Of a DNA stretch of 64,000 nt, positions 27,201-39,200 are shown piece after piece. Position 1 is the first letter of the stretch, and every line of letters begins with the position of its first letter. The notes beneath the pieces were generated by a model. That model saw nothing but the letters and a program-made list of their open reading frames with translations, had not been told where the DNA came from and did no database searches. The position numbers were made by a program, and so were the translations under genes. The stretch is from the NCBI GenBank assembly GCA_965285935.1, contig OZ260665.1, forward strand, positions 83,266,001 through 83,330,000, given 5' to 3'. This DNA comes from Ophelia neglecta. Its lineage: Eukaryota.

Positions 27201-30200
27201 ATGCAGGGAAATAGCATCCAGGAATTTAACGCGAAATTGGTCCAAACTCCTATTTCACAAAAAAATTCCTGATTCACACGCAAGAAGATAGAAAGCTTTC
27301 GAAAGAATAGTACTTTCACAATATTCGCAAATATTCAGAGACTGGGAAACAGTAAGTGTTCCCCATTGCGTCTCACTTTCCATCATACGTCCATCCATTA
27401 AGGATTTGCCTGAAATTATTCGAGAAGGGGGATGGTAGTTGATAACATTTGGGCTTCGCTAAAGGGGCGGGGGTACATTTTATTTGTTGGCCTCACTAGA
27501 AGGAGAGGGGCAATTTTATGGAACGTTTAGATTGAACTTTGTACTAAAAACCGTTTCTGAAGTCCTTTATTTATATTGAATAAGATATAATTAACATGGA
27601 CCTTAGTATTCCCTTCAGCACATACGGGGATTCAGGGACTTTTTAATTTTATTTTTTTGCAATAGGTATATTTTTCTGTGCGTCTTGGAGGAGCTTGCAT
27701 TTTTTAGTGTTATAATCCCGTACTCGTTGCCAGCCCCCTCACACCCTCCCCCCCCCCTCACCCTCCACAAATAAATACTGGCTAGTTAGTCGGTGACAAC
27801 ATATTTTGTTAAAAATTAACCATTTACAATCCAGGACATATTCCTGCCTACGAATATTGTGCATAGTATTCATTCTCGTTCTGAGTAACATTTACCATTT
27901 AAGTATCAACTTCATGTTGTTCTGTTTTACATCGCAGATTCTACTCAGTTGAAGCAGTCCACATTGAATACATTCCCTCAACTGTTTGGCCAGATTTGGC
28001 AACATTCACAAGAACTGACCACTTCCCCAAACACCAATTTCACTAAACAGTGGCTCAAGCAAGTCTGGAAGTTTATTTGTCAAAACTATGAAGAACTGGA
28101 GGTTTTTGAAGGATTGTATCTCATTCCAACAGGAAGCAGTTCACTCGCCATTTTGTCTAGAGAACATCCAGTAATAGAAAGATGCAGTGCAGCATGCACA
28201 CTGCCTGAAACTATCATTGACCTTCTAGGTGTTTTGAATGTCACAGTGATAAATCAGCTTCCACGGGAGTTCTGCCACCCTGATATCAGAACATACGTGA
28301 ATGCAGCCAACCCACAAGGATTAGTCACGTGTTTATGTATGCTCAACATCGAGCAAGTAGTATCATCCATTGAAAATATGTCAGAAGGACATAAGGTTGA
28401 ACTTAGAAAGTTCCTTGTGAAAGATGTTGATTCACTGAGCCATCATGTGAGACTGGTTCGTAGTCTTCCCATCTTTCAGCTATTGGGAAAAAACGGGTTT
28501 TGTTCTGCAGAGGTTACATTTGTGGCCCCATTGTCTAGGTCTCCTTTTCCCATCTATAAGGACATTATCGCCTTATCTGATGATGCAACCAAAACCTTGG
28601 TGAAGTTTCTAGGCTTGACCATTCTGACTGAGGCGAAGTTTCTTATGGACTTCGTGCTGCCATTCATACGACAGAACAAATACACGCAGAAAGTAGTAGT
28701 GGGTGTAATAGCTGAAATCCTGAATAAGCTGTCCAAGTTGTCTCAACAAGAGAAGGGGTTCGGGGCTTTACTCAGAGACATACCATTCATTGAAACTGGA
28801 TCTTCCAATGCCCTTCAAAGTCCTTGTAATTTGTTTGACCCCTTTGACCCAGTTCTGAAACCAATGTTCCTGAGGCTGAATGAATTACCTCATGGTAAGT
28901 TTGCCATCAGGGAATATGTAGACATTCTGAAGCAAATAGGTCTGAAGTGTCAGGCAGATGTGAGCCAAAATGATATCCTTCGGATTTCTGAGCTTATTGA
29001 AAAAAGACAGGAAGGAGGGGAAAATCTCTTAAATGAAGCAACTGCTTTAATAACCTTCCTATCAACCCATGGAGAAATGTTATTTGGGAATCTCGTAACC
29101 AAACTGTCAAGACGGTGTTGGGTTCCAGTTGTACAACAGCGTCCTTCCGACCAACATTTCCCATCCCAGCTGCCTTGGGGAGGTCACGACCTTCTTCTGG
29201 CCCGACCTGACCAGGTCATAGCAGCTCGCTTTGCTCCCATCGTGGGCTCTGTTCAGCCTTTAGTGTCTGTGGATGATGCCCAGCTAGCCAGCATTGGGAA
29301 GGCTTTTCACTGGGAATCTGCTAAGCTACAAACTGTACTGAGCCACCTGAAGAATCTGACAGAGTGCTACTGCAATGAAATGAGAGCCCCAGCTATGATG
29401 ATGATGACAAAGATTTATGAATTTCTCAATCAACATGAAGCTCAAACCGTCTTATCTGAGATCAAGTCTATTGGCCTAGATACATACGTGTGGAATGATA
29501 ATGGATTTGTGAGCCCCCGGCAATTCATGCTATCTACACCCCCATTCACCCTGGAGCCCTATGTGTACAGTCTTCCTACAGATATGTACAAGTTCCATAC
29601 GCTACTATCGGGTCTTGGGGTGGAGGAGACTGTGGAGCTGACCTCAGTCCTGGCCTACATCAGGGATTACCACCATAGCCGCCCGGGCGAGTCTGACGCC
29701 ATCAAACAAGAAGTAGACAGAGATTTAGGGATTGTCTTGAGCATCATTAACAAGATAGAGTCGGATGGGAGTGACACGACCAATCTGCTGATACCAGTGC
29801 ACACCCAAGATGGCAACCTGAGAATGATGGACATCTCGGAGGTTTGTTACTGTGACAAGGAGTGGTACCAGAAAGGCAAGGATGAGGATGATGTCGTGGA
29901 GGACGATGAGAAGCATATATACCTAATTCATCCCAAAATATCGATTCCAATTGCTGAGAAACTAAAGGTAACTTTCATTAAATATTAGACTAACAAGACA
30001 TTTGGAAGACCTTTTTTTTTCACATGGAGAAGTACATTTTGCAAAATATTCGCATTTGTCTACTGTTTACATTTAATGTTGTTATCAACCTAGGTACCGA
30101 GTATGACAAGCCAGCTATTGGACTCAGAACCCATGGCCTTTGGTCAGTCCGAGTCCCTCACAAGACGCCTTCACACACTACTCCATGACTACTCAGACGG

Positions 30201-33200
30201 CCTCGCCGTCCTCAAGGAACTCATACAAAACGCCGACGATGCAGGCGCCAAGGAGATCAGATTCCTGTATGACGAGAGAGAAAATCTGGGCGCAAGGACC
30301 TACTTGTTTGACAAAAACATGGCCGACCTGCAGGGACCAGCCCTGCTGGCCTATAATGATGCTGAATTCAGCGAAGCCGACTTTGATAGTATTGTCACGC
30401 TCAGCGCCGGGTCCAAACTTGACCAAACACCTAAAGTTGGCAGGTTTGGACTTGGCTTCAATTCCGTTTACAACTTGACCGATGTCCCGTTCTTTGTTAG
30501 CAATGGCAAATTTGTAATTTTCGACCCACATAGACGATTTTTGGAAAAGGCACTTAAAAGTTGCGACCCGCCAGGACTTAAACTAGATGTTAACAAACAA
30601 AGGAGAAAAATCAAGAAGCTGGCTGATCAGTTCAAACCATTTGAGGGAATATTCGGCTGTAGGATCTTGGATAAGGAAGATATTGAGTTCAAAGGGACCT
30701 TGTTCCGGTTTCCCCTGCGGACCACGGACCAAGCGCACATGAGTGAGATTAGCAAGAAGCATTACGCCGACAGAGCGGAACTCACAGGTCTGCTGCAACT
30801 GCTGGTCAACTGTGCCGACAGCATTCTACTATTCCTTCAAAACGTGCTGAAGTTAACTATTTGGCACCTGCCCGAGTCCGCAGCTGGTCCCAGCGACATG
30901 GAGCTCCTTTGTACTTATGAGAGAAACCATGAAAGGTCACTTCGAAGCTATGATTTAAATTTCAGTGACTTCCACTTCCTAAATCACGTGGACAAGGAGA
31001 TGCGAAGACAAGTATCCCAGAATCCTAGTAGTAAAGCTGAAAGAAACAACTTGGTGAGAATAACAAGTACCCATAACCATGAAGGAGCCTTGGGCTTGGA
31101 CCTGCCTGTCAGGCAAAAGAGAGATACTCTCTGGTTGGTCAGCCAAGCTATGGGTCAAGGTCAGTCCCTCAAGATGTGTCAGTCTGATAAGACACTGCTA
31201 CCAGTAGGGGGCGTGGCAGTGCCTGTCACACCAGGGGGCTGCAGAGAGAGTGATCTTGACCCCACTCCGGTAGAACACAGCAGAATGTTCTGTTTCCTCC
31301 CACTGCCCTCTGTCGAGCCCCTCGACCTTCCCGTCCATGTTAACGGATACTTCTCCGTGACCTCTGACAGACGTCACGTGTTTGAGCAAGACCACAAGGA
31401 CAAGGACGATGTCAGGGCCCAGTGGAACCAAGCATTGATGACAGACGCCGTGACCTTGGCCTATGTGAACTTACTGGAGGATCTCAGTAACACAGGAAAT
31501 GCACAGAAGGTCAGTATGATGTGGCCCAAGGTAAAATGTGTCGGGACCAACTCCAGTCTCGTGGAATCTCTGAAAATCAGTGTATATAAGCTCATCTGCC
31601 GCAGTGGGGGGCCTAGTGTATTTCCAACACTGATCAGCTCCGACAACGGATCCAAACCCATATTCATCCCCTTTAAGAACTCTGTTTTTCTAGATACTGA
31701 CTTACTGCAATCTGATATAAAAGATGCTGCATACTCAGCGTTTGTATGCATTCAAGAAAAAAAGGCAGCGCTCCCTTGGTTAGACTACCAGGAGACCGAC
31801 AAGTTGGCCTTTGTCTCTTTGTCCATTACAGAATCCCTCAAAGCTGTGTTCGGGGACCAAAACCAATTGAATGTAAAATTGTACAACACCACGAAATTTT
31901 ACTCTGACATATTTATGCCAAATGTTGCTATTGTGGACTCCAGTAAAAGGGAACAACTTTTGAAATTTGCTCTTCTGAACGGAGATGGAACGAATGGCAT
32001 TCACAATTTACTTAGAACGCATGCCTGCATCCCAGTGTCTCCGGATGGTCAGAGGCTACAGAGACCAGACAGGCTGGTCCATCCTGGCTGCCCCCTGGCC
32101 GACCTGTTCTCTCCTGAAGACGGCAGAACCCCATACTTCGAGGACCAGCTCCAACGACAGGTGCTGGAAAGACTGGTGGAAGTAGGCATGGTGGTTGATG
32201 ATCTGCCCTGGGATGAGGTTCTAGACCGCTGTCAATCCGTGAATCAACTGTACCAAAATAACCTCGAGCAAGGGGTTAAAAGAATCAAAGCTATCGTTCA
32301 GTTGATTGACAACAAGTTGAATACAGAAACTCCAGAAGAGTGTCCAGAATCAGTGAAAATTCAGATCCAGCAGACTGGTTTCCTGCCGGTGTACCCAAAA
32401 CCAAATGAGTATATGTTGTCTTGGGCAGGGGACCAGTTTAAAGGTGTATGCTTGCCTCCACAGAACATGTACCTGTGTGACCACAAGGACGCTATAGGCT
32501 CTGTAAAGCCGATTGTAGACCACAAAGTAATACAACTTCCTCCTTCACGCGTCTTGAAACATTTTCTCGATTTGAACAGGCGGCCACAGTTGGATCTTGT
32601 ATTATCTCAGCTTGATGTTGCCATGACTACCACTGAAAATGCCAACTCGGATGGTAAGAGACAACTGGGAGATGCATTCAAGGCCATCTACTCCTTTCTG
32701 AACAATGAATGTAAAGACGGGAGAAGAGGAGGCCCATTAGCTGCTAAGGTGGCGAAGCGTTTGAGAGGCATTCGCTGTATTTACACCAGTGACAAGATGT
32801 GTCTGCCTCAGGAGTGTGCTAGGAATGGCCCACACAGGCCTCCGTATCTCCATCAGCTACCTGATATGCTGCAACATAGCCACGAAAATCTATTACAAAC
32901 GTTGGGGGTAAAGCTAGCATTCAATATTGATGACTTTATTGTATGTTTGACCAATATTTTCGAGAAGCATCATCAGAAAGCATTGTCAGTCCATGAATGT
33001 AGAATGGCAACAGACACGGTGCGTGATTTGGCAAAATGTCGAGTGGCTGAAACCACCGATTTGAAGAAAGCGGTTATATACGTCCCAGATGTAGATATGG
33101 TTATGTGCGATGCCAGAGACTTGTGTTTTAACAACTGCCAATGGCTAAAACTTTCAGATGCCCACTATTGCCACACAGATATTACTTGGGAAAACGCCTT

Positions 33201-36200
33201 AGCAGTAGGAGTGAGGACCATAAGAGAAGCGCATAATGAAAAGAATTCCATTGGAATAGGATTTGGCCAAGCAGAAGAACTGACCAATAGGATTCGAAGA
33301 ATTCTGACAGGATATCCTTTCGACAAGGAAGTTTTCAATGAACTGCTGCAGAACGCAGATGATGCTGGGGCGACTGACATACACTTTGTCCTTGACCTTC
33401 GTACACATGGCACAGAGCGTCTGTTTGAGGACAGCTGGCACCACCTTCAGGGCCCTGCCCTGTGCGTCTACAATAATAGCCCATTCACACTGGATGATAT
33501 AGAGGGCATACAGAAACTGGGTCAGGGCAACAAGGACCTTGACCCGACAAAGACCGGACAGTATGGTGTGGGCTTTAACTGCGTGTACCACCTGACCGAC
33601 ACCCCGACCATACTCACTGACGTGGAAGGGGAAGGCCTCTTGCTGTGTGCCTTTGATCCAAATCTGCTGTATGTGCCTTGTGCCACCAAATCCGAGCCTG
33701 GAAGACTGTATACGGTGACGCCCGAGCTCCGACAGACCTACTCTGATGTGTTTGGAGCTTATCTACATGAGCACCTTTCCGTGGAAAACGCAACCATCTT
33801 CAGGTTTCCGCTGAGAAGTGCATACCAGGCAAGCATGTCACATTTATCGAAGAAGGAGGTCCAGCCAGACCATGTGAGAGAAATGTTTGATAAATACATA
33901 GAACACGGAGTCAAGTCTTTACTTTTCCTGAACAACATAAAATCAGTAAAGATATCTGAGATATCGAAGGAAGGCAATATTTCTCTACTACACCATATCT
34001 GGTCAAAGTCGTCTATCGAGGACCTCGACAAACCGAACCAGTTGAGGGACAAACTGCTGGCGGCGAAGAGGCAGCTTTCCGACGAGTCAATTAGTGATAT
34101 CCAACCATTTGAGAGCATTCAACAGCTAACACTTAAAAACAACGCCGATCTGTCTGAAGAGTGGTTGATAGTGCAGCGAATTGGATTAATCCCTGGTGCC
34201 AAAATATCAGAAGGTGTGTTGACAGCTCATCGACGCAAGGAAATGTGCCTGTTACCCAGAGGAGGAGTGGCCTACTGTACAAAGTCTAGCTCCCTTCAAA
34301 GAGAGAGAGGCAGGTGGTTTTGTATGCTCCCTCTGCCCATTGAAACCGACCTCCCGGTCCATTTCAATGGCCATTTCGCTCTAGATTATGAAAACCGCAG
34401 GAATGTTTGGAAACACGATTCCAAGGATGCCAAGACTGACTGGAACAATCTCTTAATGGAAGAAATAATCGCGCCAGCGTATGTTTCCCTGATAAAGAAA
34501 CAAAAGGAAACAGTCAAAGACAGCGAACATGAAGTGGCGCTCTATGAAAGAACTTTCCCGAAGCCCTCGAGTGTTAAAGATGACTCCTACGTGGGGACCT
34601 TAGCTCGAGTAGTATACAAGGACATAGCCAACAACAGTATTCCTGTCCTCCCTGCCTTTGTCTGGTACAGACATGGCGCTACTCCAGTCCTGGAATGGTT
34701 TCCACCCATAGCCAGCCAATCACAAGACCAGGTTTACTTCAGTAACCTGGAACAACAAATGCAAACAAAATACACTACCACTGACTCAAGCCGTTGGTTC
34801 TTTGTGACAATTGCCGAGCAGGAATATGTGGCCCTACTTTCTACTCTACAGCGTCTAGGAGTCCCCATAGTGGTCGCAATGCAAGATATTCACCGTGCTT
34901 TTGAAGCGGCCGAAATAGAGACTCAGCTTATCTCACCAGATGTAGTCATAGCCTTTCTCCTTGGCCACGACCAGGAAAGCAGTAGATGCCATGTAGCCCC
35001 CGGATTACTCCCAGCCAATATAAGAGATACGACCTTCTCCTCTGAAGTCAGTCTCCACCAAATATTTTCCTATTGCCTGAGGTCTGAGTCCATCAACATC
35101 ATAAGCCTTCCTCTACAGCTGCGACAGGATGATATGCTGACAACGTTTACGTCGGACAAGCCAATATTTGTGTCCATATTTGCTGGGTTGCTTCCTAAAC
35201 ACAAGGCACTTTTTATACACAGAATGTTGCTGGATATAATGAAAATCTGTCAGAAGTATAAGAAATTGTCTGACACTGCGACTCTGAGGGATTTTAAACT
35301 GACTGACTTTGTTGGTTTGATAGGAGAGCTGCTCCCTGAAGAAAGATTTGGCACAGGAATAGAAAACATTCCAGTAGAAGAGCTTGAGATGCTCTTAGAT
35401 GGGGTGACTTGTAAAAAATGGCTAGCCCTGCTTTGGGAGTTCATGGTAGATGACATTCGGAAGGAGGACCATGAATTTTCATGTGAGCAAACAAAGGAGT
35501 CGTTAGTGCAGATGTTGAGACCAGTCCAAAGCTGGAGCTTATTACCAGTTTTTCAAGCTGATAAGGCCCCAATCTGCGGTCACGTGACGCTGGGCTCTCC
35601 AAAGGCGGTTTATAATGTATACCTTGTCCCTATCCGTAAAATCACAACCACCGTTAATCTTTTGTCGGGAGGGTACATGAACGAGGACGTACGAGATGCA
35701 CTGATACGTCTTAACATACCTCAACCGTACTTCCCTCATCTGGATGGTCTACGAAACAAAAGCTACACGCTCTCTGTTTTGAACCAAATGCTCGGAAATA
35801 TTGAAACTCCAATGTCAGTCATAGGTGCCTTGGAAGACCTTATGGACAGAGAATTGCTGAGCTTTGATCATGTTAATGATAGTTCGAGGAGAAGTCTTCA
35901 TGATTATTTTGACAAGGCAAATGCAAAATCGAACTTTAGCCCAAATGAGTGCTCAGTTCTCAAGAAGTTACCGATCTATGCCAACACTCGTGGAAAACAC
36001 GTAGCGCTCAGTGGACGGAATGTTATCGTCCTGTCCTACAATGTCCCAACAGCAGGGGCCGACATTTTTGAACACATCACTTCGAGTGTATTTCTACAAG
36101 AATGTCAGTGGTCGGACTTTCATGGTATTCTGGGCAGCCGGAAAATGATGGATGCTGACTTTTACACCGAGATGTGTCTACAAAACCGCAGCTTCTGTCG

Positions 36201-39200
36201 GCTGCAAGAAAGGGACCGTCTTGTACATTTGAAACATGTTAGAGACAGATTATTACCTGTGTTGAAAAACAGTGGTCGGGTCATAAATTGCTTGAAACAA
36301 TTACAATTCCTAAAGGATCGACAGGGAAATCTCACCACCGCTTCATCGTTTTATGACAAAACTAATCCGGTGTTTGCGTCAATGCATGAAGACATCCCTC
36401 AACCTCAAAGCCCATACAATGAAGAAGAATGGAGGCAGTTCCTGATTAAGTGTGGCATGACTTCTGAGCTCAATGCTGACATGTTTGTAGAGTATGCCAA
36501 ATTTGTAGAGGCTGCAGGCCAGAGAGACAGAAGTAAAAAAGTGGCAGAGATTTCAAAAGTGTTGGTAGAGTATTTGCGTTCCAGATTTGAACAAAACGAT
36601 GCAAGCTTCAACTCAAAACTACTTCAGAGGGTTAAGAATATCCGGTTCATTGTACCCCACCGAGTGTGTGTCTCGTTGACCTCTATTCACCCGCAGCTTG
36701 GAGCAGAGCTCCCGGGGCCTTTACCTTTCATTGCTTTCGAAGGCTCCGCTTTACATTCCAATGAAATGCGTCTTTGGACGGCAGTCCATCTCCTGCCTTA
36801 CTTTGCCAGCTCTTCACTATCAAATAGTCAGACAAATAGAGATTTCATCCAAAATCTAGGTATCTGTACTAGCGAAGAACAAATTCTCCCGAATCTTGTT
36901 AAAAATTTTAAGAATATATGCAAGCGCCTGGGTGATGGACTGCTTGCGCCATCTATTGACCAGCATAAATACAAAACAGTGATGAAATCCTGTTATAGAG
37001 AACTAAACAAAAAATTGGCAATGAAAGACATGATTGCCAGAGAATTAAGCGACGTCGCCATTGCTGCAGTTGAGGAATGGAGCATGTTGAAACCAGCCTA
37101 CAGACTCTGCACTGACATAACATTCGATGATGAGATAAAGCCTTACCTTTTTAAGATTCCCAATTACCTGGCAAACTATGAAAATCTCTTCGTTTCGCTC
37201 GGAGCCCAGAAGAAACCGACTTTATATCAGTATGCTATGACACTCGAAGGCATCTACCAAACTTCACAGAGGGAGGAGAACCTTCCAAATGAAAAGGACA
37301 AAATCAGAAAAGCTGTACAAGGCTTGTTCAAAGTACTACTATCCAGTAACGAACCGAATATTCAATGTATAACAAAACTGTATTTACCAAGCGAGGAACC
37401 GGACGCAAAGTTACACAAATCCACAAGTCTAGTGTGCACTGATTTAATGGGAATCAGATGTCGGATTCGGAATGCCACATTGATAGATTCTCCCTTTATG
37501 TTAGATTTGAAAGAATTTGGAATTAATGACTGGCAAAAGACGCTCAAGAGGCTCCCGCAACATTTACAGCCTATTATGCTGTCTGCAAAAATTGCTGAGA
37601 AGTTTGCAGCCCCGGGCTCCCCTCTGTCCTCGGAGGAGGTAGAGGAACGTGTGCCAATCCAAAGCAGACTGCAGTCCAGGGAATTCATGGAAGGCCTTAA
37701 AAGACTTTCATATCACAAAATGAACGAAGGTTCGAATACAACGTGGAAAGAGACAAAGGAAAAGATAGACACGTCTTGCCAGCATATTAAGGCAATGTCT
37801 GTGAAAGGATTTGAGGTGCTGAGGACTTCGCTGACGTTTGATGGAGAAAATGTGGAGGACAGCGAAATTGAAGTCCCTTTCTACTTTAAACCATCCAGTG
37901 ATGAGTCGAAAGTGGTGCTGTACCTTGGTGAAGCACAGTCGCTATCTTGGTATGAATTCTCAAAAGAAATGTCCCATCACTTTTATGCAATCAGATGTTG
38001 TGGAGCAGGCCGAACAATGCTCTTTGACCGTCCTGTTGCTGAAATAAGTATAAGCTTAGACAAAAGGCAAGTGCCACTCGTAGATTCACCTGTCATTGAA
38101 TACATCCCCCAACTAGGCTCCTATGTTCCTGTGAAACTGCATCCTTTTTTAGAGAATGACCTCAGAGAGATGTTTGTCGGTGATTACGCAGCCTTGGAGA
38201 TAGATGACCCTGTGAACAAGGGCAAGGAGGGTGTAGCAGAGTATATCTTTATTAAGATCCTGGAGAGGCTGGACACTGCTGAGAACTCTAGTCTAGGGCC
38301 AGAGGTACAGAGTAAAGATTGGTTTGCTGGGAACGGATACAATAGAAGTCAACTGTGAGGAAATATACATGTTCAAAAGGCCAGATAATATAGAAAGGGA
38401 TAGGCAAGACCAACTTGTTGTTATCTCAAAGCAGGCTCCTGGCACTGAATATGCCCAGGCAGATCAAGAGGGCAAAGACATATGTCCACCTGAACCACCA
38501 TGGGCATTCTCAGAAATTACTAAAGAAATCCGCCAAACACTGATAGATGCTTGGAAACTGCCTGAAGATAGGAGAAAAAAAGTCGTAAAGAGACTATTGT
38601 TTAAGTGGCACCCTGACAAGAACCCAGACAGACAGGTCAGTGGGCGTTATCTGTGTATATACTTACCCTTCAAGTAAATCTTTAGTTCAGAATAATCCGC
38701 AAAACATGACTATTACATTCTATTTTCATAAGACGAATAAATAATTTATATATTCCTGCCTTGTGCTTACATTTCATCAAAACTTGTAGTTAATTCTTCT
38801 GACAACGCCAGTCATATTATTTTATCAGATCCATTTTCAGCCCTTTCTTACCGCCATAAGTATTGTTTTTCTTCTCAAACGAATCTCTATTCATTTATAA
38901 GGAACTTTTCTTATTCATGAACTAATGCGTTTTTAAAATAATTATATATACCTACAGTGAAACTACCTTAAAGATTATCTATATATTCATACCACCTGCC
39001 TATCGGGACCAATCTTGTGAAGACTATGCGGTGTTTTTGCAATGTAGAAATGACCAGTCTAAACAGAACAACTCCATAATCAGACTCCCTGTAAATCCAC
39101 TAACGCCTTGTGACATGTAAATTCCCATCCCATTGTGTATTCTTAAAGGATAACTGCTGTATAAAATATCAAATACATTTATTTTCCCTCCATATGCAGG

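Noticed and set aside
30140-37688. Short antisense or alternate-frame ORFs within sacsin exons
   Set aside because: Shadow ORFs of a long coding exon.
37960-38030. Possible compensating frameshifts in exon 7 (odd YAIRCCGAG segment)
   Set aside because: The ORF stays open, and this cannot be judged without an alignment.
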